DNA of 32,000 nt from Lonsdalea britannica (GCF_002111595.1 NZ_LUTN01000024.1:721-32720); one strand, 5' to 3'; shown: positions 9,092-22,773, numbered from the stretch's first letter. Program-made: numbers and translations. The notes: generated by a model from the sequence alone, not told the origin.

Positions 9092-9529
9092 TTAAACTTC
9101 TTCGTCATCCTGCAGCGGGACAATCAGCATATCGACATGAATGGTATTGATCAGCTGACGAGCAGAGGACATCAGCTTGCTCCAGAAGTCCTGATGGTGT
9201 CCGCACATCACTAAATCGACATCGTACTTGTGAATAGCATCCAGCAGTACCTGGCCCAGATCGCCGCTCCCGCTTAGGGTCTCCGCAATAGGATATCCCG
9301 CGTTCTGCGACAGGTCTTTCAAGGCATTTTGCGTTTCTTCAGAGATGCGCTGCTGCATATCGCCGAGGTTGACGTCGATCAGTCCGGTGTAGAGGTCGGA
9401 ATAGTTAACATCGACATGAATCAGGGAAACCTTGGCATTATACGGCTTGGCCATTGAGACCGCCTTCTCGACCAGCATTTTGCTTTCCGGCGACAGGTCG
9501 ACGGCAATAAGAATATGTTTATAAGCCAT
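9092..9529 (-). CDS. uspA: Universal stress protein A
   Basis: 145 aa: [59 protein letters not shown]...[33 protein letters not shown]. Divergent from uspB. Confidence 0.97.
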   Translation of the reverse strand: MAYKHILIAVDLSPESKMLVEKAVSMAKPYNAKVSLIHVDVNYSDLYTGLIDVNLGDMQQRISEETQNALKDLSQNAGYPIAETLSGSGDLGQVLLDAIHKYDVDLVMCGHHQDFWSKLMSSARQLINTIHVDMLIVPLQDDEEV

Positions 9530-10120
9530 AATAAGCTCCTTCCATAAAGACTAATGAATGGGTCGGCAGATATTTCTCCTGCCAAACTGATACTTACTGG
9601 CGATCTGCATCATAACACTCGCCATCAATCGGGAGATGTTCAGCAGATCACAACGCCGTAGAGTGGCGGTTAGCTGTAGTCACGGAACCCATCACCACGC
9701 CTCCCTATCCTGAAGTTAACGTCAGTGTACGCCGATAAGCGGCACCACCGACGAAAAATCACGTGAACGCATAAGTATAGTTAAAGATCGCACGCGATAA
9801 GGCTAACAAAACAGGCTGAGATGATGGGGGGATCCTGCCAATTTTTCATCACATTAGCATGTCTAAGAGACATTAACGGCGTTATAGTAAAAAAATGAAA
9901 CGGTCTTCTACAATGAAAATAATCCCGCGTCGTTAACTCCGCGTGGAGAACAAGAAGACCGCCAGCAGTAGACAATATCCGCAGACCGCGCCTTGATATG
10001 CAACGATCGGGCCGCTCGGAAACATCGCATACATGATATTTGGGATGACTATTCACAGGTGTAAACAACGGAGATTCGTGACGTAAAAACACCTGCCGAA
10101 TAGCTAAGCGGGAGGGGAGC

Positions 10121-10459
10121 ATGGTAATCAGCACGTTTGCGCTTTTCTGGGCTTTATGCATCATCTGCGTCATCAATATGGCGCGTTATTACTCTTCTTT
10201 GCGAGTGTTGCTGCTGGTATTGCGAGACTGCGATCCGCTGCTATATCAGTACGTGGATGGACGCGGTTTCTTCACCGCTCACGGCCAGCCCAGCAAGCAG
10301 CTGAGGCTTGTTCGTTACATCTACAGCCAACGTTATCTCGACCACCACGACCCCGAATTCATCCGTCGCTGTGAACGCGTTCGCGGGCAGTTCCTGCTCA
10401 CATCCGCGTTGTGCGGACTGGTCGTCGTGAGCCTTATCGCCCTACTCGTTTGGCACTAG
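10121..10459 (+). CDS. uspB: Universal stress protein B
   Basis: 112 aa membrane protein: [52 protein letters not shown]..., between uspA and pitA as in E. coli. Confidence 0.95.
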   Translation: MVISTFALFWALCIICVINMARYYSSLRVLLLVLRDCDPLLYQYVDGRGFFTAHGQPSKQLRLVRYIYSQRYLDHHDPEFIRRCERVRGQFLLTSALCGLVVVSLIALLVWH

Positions 10460-10517
10460 AGATTCGCAAGCGTTTAAGGGGCGTCGCGGACGACATTTTC
10501 TTGAATTTTGCCCATAT

Positions 10518-10544
10518 AAAAAGGCGACCTGAGGTCGCCTTTTT
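10518..10544. terminator. Bidirectional rho-independent terminator between uspB and pitA
   Basis: Near-perfect palindrome AAAAAGGCGACCT-GAGGTCGCCTTTTT between convergent genes. Confidence 0.9.
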
Positions 10545-10570
10545 ATCGTACGTATTGCTGTCGTTCAGCG

Positions 10571-12076
10571 TTAAATCAGCTTCAGCGTCAACCAGTACAG
10601 CACGCCGGACAGTACCAGCGATACCGGCAGCGTAAAGATCCAGGCCAGCAGGATGCTTTTCACCGTCTTACTCTGGACACCGCCACCATCTACGATCATC
10701 GTCCCCGCCACGGCGGACGAGAGCACATGCGTAGTGGACACCGGCATTCCAGTATAGCTGGCGACCCCAATCGAGAGCGCGGCCGTGACCTGAGCCGAGA
10801 CGCCCTGAGCATAGGTCATCCCTTTCTTACCAATCTTCTCACCGATCGTAACGGCAACACGTTTCCACCCCACCATGGTTCCCAGAGACAGAGCCAATGC
10901 CACAGCGACGATAATCCACAGCGGCGCATACTCAACGGTATGCAGCAAATCGGTACGCAAATTGGTCAGCAGGCGTTTGTCTTCGGTGTTCGTTTCCGGC
11001 AGCTTGATGATGCGGTCCATGGTATCGGAAATACACATCAGCAAACGGCGAACCTGACCACGGTCGTCGCTAGACAACTCGCTGTAGTCTTTCAGGTTGT
11101 TCAGCAAACCCAAAGAGTGATCGATCGCCAGCATCACGCGAGAGCTATCACAATGGAAATCTGATTTACCCTCGACAGGAATGGTTTTTTCCGGCGCCGG
11201 AATCAACGGTGGAGACAGGTCGATGACATGTTTCAGCGCTTCGCCATGCGCAAGGTAGTATCCCTGCAGATTAACGACCGCATCGCGGGTTCGGCTAATG
11301 TCATAACCCGACGCATTCATGTTCAGCACGAAACCTGCGGGCGCGACGCCGATCAGCACCAGCATAATCAGGCCGATACCTTTCTGACCATCGTTGGCGC
11401 CGTGGGAGAAACTGACGCCGACGGCGGACAGGATCAAGGCAGTACGCGTCCAGAACGGCGGTTTGCGCTTGCCATCCTGTTTCTCACGTTCGGCTGGCGT
11501 GAGGTGAACCCGTTTTCTTTTCTTGGTGTTGCTCCAGTAGCGACGTAGCAGGAACACCATCAGCCCTGCGATAATCATGCCCACAATCGGCGACAGAATC
11601 AGCGACAGGAAAATGCTGACCATCTTCGGAATATTGAGCGCATCCACAACCGACGTATTCGTCAGCAGTGCATTGGTCAAACCGATACCGATAATAGAGC
11701 CGATCAGGGTATGAGAGCTAGACGCCGGCAACCCGAAGTACCAGGTCCCCAGGTTCCAGATGATCGCAGCCAGCAGCATGGAAAAGACCATAGCCAGGCC
11801 GTGAGCAGAGCTGACATTCAGCAACAGATCGGTAGGCAGCAGGTGGACGATGGCGTAAGCAACGCTTAATCCGCCCAAAAGTACCCCAAGGAAGTTAAAT
11901 ATTCCCGCCATCACCACAGCGAGCTGGGCGCGCATGGCACGAGTATAAATAACGGTAGCAACAGCATTGGCAGTATCGTGAAAGCCGTTAATGGCTTCGT
12001 AAAACAATACAAACAGCAAAGCCAAAATCAACATCAGACCGGTGTGGAAATCAATTCCGGCAAATAAATGTAGCAT
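10571..12076 (-). CDS. pitA: Low-affinity inorganic phosphate transporter PitA
   Basis: 501 aa PiT-family protein with [42 protein letters not shown] and [15 protein letters not shown] signatures. Next to uspB. Confidence 0.95.
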   Translation of the reverse strand: MLHLFAGIDFHTGLMLILALLFVLFYEAINGFHDTANAVATVIYTRAMRAQLAVVMAGIFNFLGVLLGGLSVAYAIVHLLPTDLLLNVSSAHGLAMVFSMLLAAIIWNLGTWYFGLPASSSHTLIGSIIGIGLTNALLTNTSVVDALNIPKMVSIFLSLILSPIVGMIIAGLMVFLLRRYWSNTKKRKRVHLTPAEREKQDGKRKPPFWTRTALILSAVGVSFSHGANDGQKGIGLIMLVLIGVAPAGFVLNMNASGYDISRTRDAVVNLQGYYLAHGEALKHVIDLSPPLIPAPEKTIPVEGKSDFHCDSSRVMLAIDHSLGLLNNLKDYSELSSDDRGQVRRLLMCISDTMDRIIKLPETNTEDKRLLTNLRTDLLHTVEYAPLWIIVAVALALSLGTMVGWKRVAVTIGEKIGKKGMTYAQGVSAQVTAALSIGVASYTGMPVSTTHVLSSAVAGTMIVDGGGVQSKTVKSILLAWIFTLPVSLVLSGVLYWLTLKLI

Positions 12077-12349
12077 AAGCGTTAGGCCATATAGTGGTCA
12101 TCAACGCGGCGCATTATCGGCGACAAGCAGGGCTTGGGAAAAGGAAAATCTGACATTATTTTGACTTATTTTAACCCAATCATCCTTCAGCTAATAATTT
12201 ATTCAATAAAAATCAGACAATTGGACCTTATTACGAAATTCTGCAATTTGTAACACTGGTCAGATCACAGGACGAGCACTACAATCTGCCGCCCTGAACG
12301 GCAATTCGGCCGCAGGCCGAAACCCGACGAATTGCGGGGAGCAAAACAC

Positions 12350-13537
12350 GTGGAACACTATGATGTAGTCGTAATTGGCGCTGGCGCGGCAGGACTTTTC
12401 TGCGCGGCGCAGGCGGGACAGAAAGGCCTGCGGGTGCTGCTTGTGGATAATGGTAAAAAACCGGGACGCAAAATTTTGATGTCCGGGGGCGGACGCTGCA
12501 ACTTCACCAACCTGTATGCAGAGCCAGGCGCTTACCTGTCTCAAAACCCGCATTTCTGCAAGTCCGCTCTGGCGCGCTACACCCAGTGGGACTTTATCGA
12601 TCTGGTGAATCGCCACGGCATCGCCTATCACGAGAAAACCCTCGGACAACTGTTTTGCGATGACTCGGCTCAACAAATCACCGACATGCTGCTTAAAGAG
12701 TGTGAGCAAGGCCAGGTGACGCTGCGTTTGCGCAGTGAAGTGCTGGAAGTTGAAAAGCGCGATGCATTTACGATCCGCTTGAACAACGGTGCAGTTCAGA
12801 GCCCGGAGTTGGTGATCGCGACAGGCGGTCTGTCGATGCCTGGACTCGGCGCCACGCCCTTCGGTTATCAGCTTGCGCAGCAGTTCTCCATCAACGTGCT
12901 GCCCACCCGCGCGGCGCTGGTGCCCTTCACGCTGCACAAACCGTTGTTAGAACAATTACAAACGCTGTCCGGCGTCTCAGTTCCGTCTCTCATCGAAGCG
13001 GAAAACGGCGTAACCTTCCGTGAGAATATCCTGTTCACCCACCGCGGACTGTCTGGTCCCGCGGTACTTCAGCTTTCCAGCTACTGGCAGCCGGGCGAAT
13101 TCGTCACCATCAATCTGCTGCCCGATCACGATCTGACCGCACTGCTTGATGCGGAACGCCTCGCACATCCCAATCAGAGTCTAAAAAATACGCTGGCGCA
13201 GTGGTTACCCAAACGGCTGGTGGAGTGTCTTCAGGCGCTGGGGCAGTTGCCGGATGTGACGCTCAAGCAGTTGCAAAAACCGCAGCAAACACAGGTAGAA
13301 AGCACGCTACAGCAGTGGCGAGTCCAGCCCAATGGTACCGAAGGCTACCGTACGGCAGAAGTGACGCTGGGTGGCGTCGATACCCACGAGCTTTCCTCAA
13401 AAACGCTGGAAGCCAGCAAGGTGCCGGGGCTGTACTTCATCGGAGAAGTCGTGGACGTCACCGGTTGGCTCGGCGGTTACAACTTCCAATGGGCCTGGAG
13501 CTCTGCCTGGGCCTGCGCTCAGGCTTTAGGGAAGTAA
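12350..13537 (+). CDS. yhiN: YhiN/HI0933-family FAD-dependent oxidoreductase
   Basis: VEHYDVVVIGAGAAGLFCAAQAGQKG (dinucleotide-binding fold), GRKILMSGGGRCNFTN, ATGGLSMPGLGATPFGY, GLSGPAVLQLSS, GWLGGYNFQWAWSSG-like C-terminus. Likely GTG start at 12350 with GGGGAG upstream; the ORF track extends to 12332. Confidence 0.92.
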   Translation: MEHYDVVVIGAGAAGLFCAAQAGQKGLRVLLVDNGKKPGRKILMSGGGRCNFTNLYAEPGAYLSQNPHFCKSALARYTQWDFIDLVNRHGIAYHEKTLGQLFCDDSAQQITDMLLKECEQGQVTLRLRSEVLEVEKRDAFTIRLNNGAVQSPELVIATGGLSMPGLGATPFGYQLAQQFSINVLPTRAALVPFTLHKPLLEQLQTLSGVSVPSLIEAENGVTFRENILFTHRGLSGPAVLQLSSYWQPGEFVTINLLPDHDLTALLDAERLAHPNQSLKNTLAQWLPKRLVECLQALGQLPDVTLKQLQKPQQTQVESTLQQWRVQPNGTEGYRTAEVTLGGVDTHELSSKTLEASKVPGLYFIGEVVDVTGWLGGYNFQWAWSSAWACAQALGK

Positions 13538-13541
13538 CGGC

Positions 13542-14501
13542 TCATTTGCCTGCGTGAAAGCGCAGGCGCGGCGCCCAACGAACGTAAATCAATTCGGCGA
13601 TCAGTTCGACCAACGTCTGCGTAACTACCACGACCGGCATCAGCGGTAACGCGCCGGGAACCGCCAGCGCCAATGGCAAAATGACCAGTGAATTGCGCGT
13701 CGCGGCGCTGAACACCACGCCCCTTCCCGCCGCCGCCTTCAACGTCAAGAGCCGCCCCACGCCCCAGCCCACCAGCGGCGCAAAAACCGAGAACAAGACA
13801 TAAACGGGCAACACCGCCAGCGCAGTCGCGCGCGACTGCGTTAGCTGCGGTACGACAAACGCCGTAATCACCGCCAACACTAGCGCCGTCGCCGGTACGG
13901 GAAGACATCCAAGCCAGTGCGTCATAACCCGCCCCGCGGAGGACGCCTGACTCCAGCGTTGGAAGATCCATGCCAACAGCAGCGGAATGGCAATCATGGT
14001 GATAAAAGCATGCAGGAAAGGCGCGATGCTGATGGTCTGCGCCGTATCGAACAACAGGCCCAAATACAGCGGCAACAGCAACATTTGTAAAAGCAGCAAT
14101 AGTGGCGTTGCGGCAAGCAACAGACGGGAGTCCGCCTGACCCTGCTGACAAAACGTCACCACGTAATCGATGCAGGGACATAGCAACACCATCGCGACCC
14201 CATAGGCCACCACCGGCGGCAAGGGAAATAGCATCAACAACAACGCCACTAGCACAGGGATCGCGACAAAATTGGCGATAAACAGAGCCAGCAGGAAGCG
14301 CACATGGCGAAAGGCATAAAGCATCTCTCCCAACGGCAGCGACAAAAAAGTCACGAACAGCATGAATGCCAAGGCCGGGTTGAGTGCCACCACCACGCCC
14401 GACGCCGTAGGCCAGCAGGCAGCAATGACCGCCGCCGCGACCATGGTCAAAAAATAAATTCCGGTTTGCCGGTTTTCCAGCGTGTCTTTTATCTGGCTCA
14501 T
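13542..14501 (-). CDS. SBF/BASS-superfamily permease, Acr3 (arsenical resistance protein)-like
   Basis: 319 aa, about 10 TM segments; NPALAFMLFVTFLSLPL, GVAMVLLCPCIDYVVTFCQQGQADSRLLLAATPLLLLLQ, FSAATRNSLVILPLALAVP. These motifs resemble the Acr3-type proline/cysteine and N/R motifs. No arsR or arsC in the neighbourhood. Confidence 0.75.
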   Translation of the reverse strand: MSQIKDTLENRQTGIYFLTMVAAAVIAACWPTASGVVVALNPALAFMLFVTFLSLPLGEMLYAFRHVRFLLALFIANFVAIPVLVALLLMLFPLPPVVAYGVAMVLLCPCIDYVVTFCQQGQADSRLLLAATPLLLLLQMLLLPLYLGLLFDTAQTISIAPFLHAFITMIAIPLLLAWIFQRWSQASSAGRVMTHWLGCLPVPATALVLAVITAFVVPQLTQSRATALAVLPVYVLFSVFAPLVGWGVGRLLTLKAAAGRGVVFSAATRNSLVILPLALAVPGALPLMPVVVVTQTLVELIAELIYVRWAPRLRFHAGK

Positions 14502-14663
14502 AGGAAGTCGGACATACTTAATGAGAAAACGGCTGGCATCATGTCAGAAATAACCGGCATTGCCTATTAGCACCCGGAGTGGGGGCCGGTATTGCATTGG
14601 AGTGAATAGCGATGGCAACGTGAAATAGAGAATTGTCTGCGTCAGAAGGAGACAAAAACAAAA

Positions 14664-14687
14664 AAACCCGCTGTCGTTAGCGGGTTT
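14664..14687 (-). terminator. Rho-independent terminator downstream of tRNA-Pro
   Basis: AAACCCGCT / AGCGGGTTT stem followed on the minus strand by TTTTTTTGTTTTTG. Confidence 0.88.
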
Positions 14688-14724
14688 ATTGATGAAGACA
14701 ACCGGGTCTTGTCTTCTTTAAATT

Positions 14725-14801
<77 letters not shown>

Positions 14802-14932
14802 AATGCGGGGCGCATATTACTGCGCCCCTGATAACGCGTCAATCCCTTTTTAACAAACGGCCATGGAGTTGGCGACAAAGTGTGCGACGCAATTTCCGGG
14901 AAAAAGCGGAACCTGCATCTTATTGATTTTAA

Positions 14933-16611
14933 TCAATGAACCGGTTTCGAACACCAGTTGTTGCTCTGATTGATGCCGCCATCTGGAGAGGTATAGCCCA
15001 AGCATCCCAATACCGAGTCGAAGATCTCCTCGTGGCGCAGAATTTCACCCGCCTCCTTTCTGGCCTTCAAATTCGCGAAGGCTTGCTGATGTTCTGACTC
15101 AGCCAGGAACTTGTCAGATGCCCACATCATTATCGGCGAACGGAACTGCTCCGGTGGCGCGACATGGCGTGGCGTTCCATGCAAGTGTGAGTTCTCATCG
15201 ATTGATTCGCCATGGTCGGACGAATAGAACACCAACGCTTTCTTATCTCTCATCTGATCGATGACCTGCTCGATAAACGCATCCGTGTAGAGAATGCTGT
15301 TGTCGAAAGAGTTGATGAGCTGCTCTCGGGTACAAGAAGCGTCCACACTCATACACTCCGGCTGATAGCGGGCGAAGCTGCGCGGATAGCGCATCGAATA
15401 CTGGTAGTGTGACCCTTTGGTATGCAGGACGATCAGATGTTTACCTTTGGTATAACGCGCCAATGAGGCCTTCATCTCATCCACCAACAGCATGTCGTCC
15501 ACTGATTTTCCATCGTTGCGTTTTTCAGAGGCAATCATCTCGCGGATAGAGTAGTTATCAGCCCGAATATTGTTGTAGAACCACACCTCGCTTTGCATGG
15601 CGAACAGCTCCGAGGAGAATCCCAATCCTTTCATCACGGAAAAAATATTGTGCTCTTTTAGCGTCCGCTGGGGATTATCTTCGGTCCCACCTTCACGCAC
15701 AAACATGCAACGCATCGAGAGCTTGGTGGCGGTGTCGCAAGATCTCCCGCGAAACGCCAGTAGGTTTTTTTCTTTATCCAACAGAGGCGTTGTATCGCGC
15801 GAATAGCCTAACAGCCCCAGATGATCCCACCGCGTCGTCTCGCCAATGATAAATACGACGTAGGTGTCATCAATATCGCTGGGCGCCTGATAGGTAAAAT
15901 GAGTACTTGGGTCAAACAGGGAAGATGCGTCCTGATTTTCATCGTAATGGGCATAAGCGAACAGTCCCAAGGCAGACAACCAGTTCGACGGTAGATATGA
16001 GTGAGCCACTACGCCGCCATAGCTGGGTAAATCCTGATTGGACGCTTTCTCCGCATCAGCGTTGACCTTGCCCATATAATCCATAGGCAGCCAGACCAGC
16101 GCGACGATAACCGCCAAACCCAGCGCCGCTCGCAGACGCTTCCCTGGTGTCTTCAACTGTTCTAGCAACGTTTGGTGTAGGCGACTTGTCCAGATGAGCG
16201 CCAGCGGCGGCACGCTGACGAGTATCATCCACAGTACGAAATTGATGCCAATCACCTCTCGAGAGAGATCGATATCTGTCGTCATCACTGAAGCGATGAT
16301 GCCATATCCGATAACCACATTAAAAAAGGTCATGTAATAGCTGGCAGCCACTGAAATTAATGTCAGTAACGAAGCCAGAATACGAAAGCATTTTTTCCCA
16401 CCCAGAGAAATAAGCCGCATCAGGAAAAAAGTAAACAGAATGCAAGCCAGCAGCTCCGCTACGGCAGAAAGAAAATGCGTGGCATGTTTAAGGTCGAAAA
16501 TAGCCAGAGAATCAAAACGGCGGTAATAAACGGATAGATTCAGGAATAAGCTATATAAAAAGCTAATATCCAGGAAACTTTGGGTTGGGGAAATGACATC
16601 GACACTTTCAT
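14933..16611 (-). CDS. eptB: Kdo2-lipid A phosphoethanolamine 7''-transferase EptB, N-terminus interrupted by an apparent 1-nt deletion near 16548-16552
   Basis: Main ORF 14933..16420: VVIGYGIIASVMTTDIDLSREVIG, VVFIIGETTRWDHLGLLGYSRDTTP, SCDTATKLSMRCMFVREGG, YSSDHGESIDEN.LHGTP, GCLGYTSPDGGI. Hand translation of the upstream region gives MKVSMSFPQPKVSWILAFYIA then, after a frame change, LFLNLSVYYRRFDSLAIFDLKHATHFLSAVAELLACILFTFFLMRLISLG. 16611 to 14933 is 1679 nt (a multiple of three minus 1). Confidence 0.9.
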
Positions 16612-16992
16612 TCTTATAATCTGCTCCAGAGGCTCACGTTTGTAAACAGACACCGTAGCCCCCCTCGGAGTTCATTATCTTTGAGCAAGATACGGTAATT
16701 AATGCTATGTAATGCAAGCCCCCCGCCTTCAGGTTGTCGTATCTGACCGTTTAATTGACAGAGGTATTCATAAAATGATTAGGTCAATTAATCTATTCTG
16801 TAAGGATAATGGCCTAAGTCACTAGTTTTCATGTGTGAATAAAAGGGTTGGTATCTTAATTTGAATGCCATGATAAATAATTCCCTACGATTTCATCAGC
16901 AACATTCACCTTTAATAAAATTATTTATTGGTTATCTCACTTACTTTTTTATGATAACCCTTTAACTCTCGCTGAAAGAATAAAATTCCTCG

Positions 16993-18708
<1,716 letters not shown>

Positions 18709-18860
18709 TCAACGCAGCGGCAGTAAAGCACATAGTCCGAACACTAAACGAGGTCAGAGACGTACCTTTGCGAGCCGTTTCGCAGACAATTAGCGCAATG
18801 ACAGCAAGGAGAGAAAAAACGGCGGAGCGCTTCGCAAGGAAAAACAAAGGGATTTGATGA

Positions 18861-19625
<765 letters not shown>

Positions 19626-19681
19626 CGGCACATTCAGTATCATGCCCAGTCTTTTTTTATTTCCCTGTGGAGTACCTCATT

Positions 19682-19957
19682 ATGGCACGCGTAACTGTTC
19701 AAGACGCTGTAGAAAAAATTGGTAACCGTTTTGACCTGGTGTTGGTCGCTGCCCGTCGCGCCCGTCAGATCCAGGTTGGGGGCAAAGATGCTCTGGTTCC
19801 TGAAGAAAACGACAAATACACGGTTATCGCACTGCGTGAGATCGAAGAAGGTCTGATCACTTCGCAGATTCTGGACGCCCGTGAACGTCAGGAGCAGCAG
19901 GAGCAGGAAGCCGCAGAAATTCAGGCGGTCACCGCAATTGCTGAAGGTCGCCGCTAA
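19682..19957 (+). CDS. rpoZ: RNA polymerase omega subunit
   Basis: [59 protein letters not shown]...; 91 aa. Confidence 0.97.
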   Translation: MARVTVQDAVEKIGNRFDLVLVAARRARQIQVGGKDALVPEENDKYTVIALREIEEGLITSQILDARERQEQQEQEAAEIQAVTAIAEGRR

Positions 19958-19975
19958 TAACACCACGAGTCGCCC

Positions 19976-22074
19976 TTGTATCTGTTTGAAAGCCTTAATC
20001 TGCTGATTCAGAATTACCTGCCCGAAGACCAGATAAAACGTCTCCGGCAGGCTTACCTTGTCGCACGTGATGCTCACGAGGGACAGACTCGCTCCAGTGG
20101 CGAGCCCTACATCACCCATCCAGTAGCCGTAGCCTGCATTTTGGCCGAGATGCGTCTCGACTATGAAACGCTCATGGCGGCGCTACTGCATGACGTGATC
20201 GAAGATACGCCCGCCACCTATCAGGATATGGAACAGCTGTTCGGCAAAAGCGTCGCCGAACTGGTGGAAGGTGTTTCCAAGCTGGATAAGCTGAAATTTC
20301 GCGACAAGAAAGAAGCGCAAGCAGAAAACTTTCGCAAAATGATCATGGCGATGGTGCAAGACATCCGCGTCGTCCTGATCAAACTTGCCGACCGCACGCA
20401 CAACATGCGGACGCTGGGGGCACTAAGGCCGGATAAACGCCGCCGCATCGCCCGGGAAACGCTGGAAATCTACAGCCCGCTGGCTCATCGGCTCGGTATT
20501 CATCACCTAAAAACCGAACTGGAAGAGCTGGGGTTTGAAGCGCTCTATCCGAACCGTTACCGCGTCATCAAAGAAGTGGTGAAAGCCGCGCGCGGCAACC
20601 GTAAGGAAATGATTCAGAAGATCCTCTCGGAAATCGAAGGGCGTTTGCTGGAAGCCGGTATCCCCTGTCGCGTCGGCGGCCGGGAAAAACATCTCTACTC
20701 CATCTATTGCAAGATGCACCTGAAAGAACAGCGTTTTCATTCCATTATGGATATTTACGCTTTTCGGGTGATCGTCCGCGATTTGGATACCTGCTACCGC
20801 GTGCTGGGCCAAGTTCACGGCCTGTACAAACCGCGCCCCGGTCGCGTTAAAGACTATATCGCCATCCCAAAAGCCAACGGCTATCAATCTCTGCATACCT
20901 CTTTGATCGGGCCGCACGGCGTCCCCGTTGAAGTGCAGATCCGTACGGAAGATATGGATCAAATGGCTGAGATGGGTGTCGCCGCGCACTGGGCTTATAA
21001 AGAAGGCGAAAGCAGCACAACCGCACAGGTTCGCGCGCGCCGCTGGATGCAAAGCCTGATGGAACTACAGCAAAGCGCAGGTAGTTCATTTGAATTTATC
21101 GAAAGCGTGAAGTCGGATTTGTTTCCAGACGAAATGTACGTCTTCACGCCCGAAGGCCGCATTGTCGAACTGCCCTCCGGCGCCACGCCGGTGGACTTCG
21201 CCTACGCGGTGCATACCGACATCGGCCACGCCTGCGTGGGCGCACGTGTCGACCGGCAGCCGTATCCGTTGTCTCAGGCACTGAAAAGCGGCCAAACGGT
21301 TGAGATCATTACGGCTCCTGGCGCACGGCCTAACGCCGCCTGGCTGAATTTCGTCGTCAGCTCCAAAGCCCGCGCCAGAATTCGTCAGCTACTGAAGAAC
21401 CTGAAGCGCGACGATTCCGTCAGCTTAGGACGTCGTCTGCTGAATCATGCGCTGGGTCACGGACGCAAGCTGTCTGAAGTTCCCGCGCCTAATATTCAGC
21501 GCGAGCTAGACCGGATGAAGCTTTCCTCGCTGGACGATCTGCTGGCGGAAATCGGCCTTGGCAACGCCATGAGCATCGTGGTGGCCAGAAATCTGCTGGA
21601 AGAAGATACCGGATTGAGCAGTTCCGGTATCCGCAAACTCCCGATCAAAGGCGCCGACGGCGTGTTGGTGACCTTCGCCAAATGCTGTCGCCCCATTCCG
21701 GGCGACCCGATTATTGCGCACGTCAGCCCCGGTAAAGGTCTGGTGATCCACCATGAATCCTGCCGCAATATCCGCGGTTACCAGAAAGAACCTGAAAAAT
21801 TCATGGCGGTAGAGTGGGACAAGGTCACCGAGCAGGAATTCCTGACCGAAATCAAGGTGGACATGCTCAACCATCAGGCGTACTGGCCAACCTGACTGCA
21901 GCTATAAACACCGCCAATGCCAATATCCAGAGCATCAATACGGAAGAAAAAGACGGCAGGGTGTACAGTGCCTTCATACGCCTGACAGCGCGCGACCGTG
22001 TTCATCTCGCGAACATCATGCGCAAAATCCGCGTGATGCCGGATGTGATTAAAGTTAACCGTAACCGAAACTAA
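19976..22074 (+). CDS. spoT: Bifunctional (p)ppGpp synthetase/hydrolase SpoT, interrupted by an apparent 1-nt deletion near 21877-21878
   Basis: TTG start: MYLFESLNLLIQNYLPEDQIKRLRQAYLVARDAHEGQTRSSGEPYITHPVAVA..., then HD, synthetase, TGS and RIS regions. The ORF ends ...EIKVDMLNHQAYWPT*. The overlapping frame continues ...GVLANLTAAINTANANIQSINTEEKDGRVYSAFIRLTARDRVHLANIMRKIRVMPDVIKVNRNRN* (ACT domain) to 22074. Adding one G (CAGGGC) restores a 699-aa protein. Confidence 0.95.
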
Positions 22075-22080
22075 TCTGTT

Positions 22081-22773
22081 ATGACGCCAGAACGCTATGC
22101 GCGCATCAGAGAGATGCTGAATCACCGCCAACCCGATCTGACGGTGTGTATGGAACAGGTCCATAAGCCTCATAATGTCTCCGCCGTTATTCGTACGGCG
22201 GATGCTGTAGGCGTGCATCAAGTTCACGCCATATGGCCGACCGGCCATATGAGAACGCTGGTTTCCACCGCCGCGGGCAGCAATAGCTGGGTAAAAGTCA
22301 AAACGCACGCCACGATTAAAGACGCCGTCGGACATCTGAAGACCCAGGGTATGCAAGTTCTGGCCACCAACCTTTCTGACAAAGCCGTTGATTTTCGCGA
22401 CATTGATTACACCCGCCCGACCTGCATTCTTCTTGGACAGGAAAAAAACGGCATCTCCGCCGAAGCGCTGGCTTTGGCAGACCAGGACATCATTATTCCG
22501 ATGACCGGCATGGTTCAATCTCTCAATGTTTCCGTTGCTTCCGCGCTAATTCTGTATGAAGCGCAGCGTCAACGACAGATGGCTGGCATGTATCATCGGG
22601 ATACCAGCCCGCTGGACGAAGAGGAGCAACAGCGCCTGTTGTTTGAGGGCGGTTACCCCGTTCTCGCCCGCGTGGCGAAACGCAAAGGACTTCCACGACC
22701 GCGTATAGACCAGCAGGGTCAGGTGATTGCCGACACCCCGTGGTGGGCCGCCATGCAGTCCACGGAACAATAA
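22081..22773 (+). CDS. trmH: tRNA (guanosine(18)-2'-O)-methyltransferase TrmH
   Basis: 230 aa SPOUT-family enzyme: MTPERYARIREMLNHRQPDLTVCMEQVHKPHNVSAVIRTADAVGVHQVHAIWP..., LLGQEKNGISAEAL, IIPMTGMVQSLNVSVASALILYEAQRQR. The stop overlaps the recG ATG (TAATG). Confidence 0.96.
   Translation: MTPERYARIREMLNHRQPDLTVCMEQVHKPHNVSAVIRTADAVGVHQVHAIWPTGHMRTLVSTAAGSNSWVKVKTHATIKDAVGHLKTQGMQVLATNLSDKAVDFRDIDYTRPTCILLGQEKNGISAEALALADQDIIIPMTGMVQSLNVSVASALILYEAQRQRQMAGMYHRDTSPLDEEEQQRLLFEGGYPVLARVAKRKGLPRPRIDQQGQVIADTPWWAAMQSTEQ

Noticed and set aside
9781-10176. 131-aa minus-strand ORF in the uspA-uspB intergenic region
   Set aside because: It overlaps the start of uspB and the promoter region, and has no recognisable motif. 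The uspA and uspB boundaries explain the locus.
12260-12937. 225-aa minus-strand ORF and other long antisense ORFs (e.g. 20507..21052, 21874..22518, 23757..24344, 26939..27811)
   Set aside because: All are antisense to strongly supported core genes (yhiN, spoT, trmH, recG, yicH). Long antisense frames are expected from codon bias.
13548-13567. Hairpin GCCTGCG-TGAAAG-CGCAGGC as a terminator between yhiN and the Acr3-like gene
   Set aside because: It lies mostly inside the 3' coding end of the permease gene and has no T-tract; weak evidence for termination.
13519-14181. 220-aa plus-strand ORF
   Set aside because: Antisense to the Acr3-like permease; Gly/Ala/Arg-rich frame shadow with no recognisable motif.
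21870-21900. Programmed ribosomal frameshifting as the explanation for spoT (and the dcuS, eptB, bipA breaks)
   Set aside because: No slippery heptamer of the X XXY YYZ type with a downstream structure was seen at the breaks, and the sites are simple 2-base homopolymers. Homopolymer undercalling explains all four.
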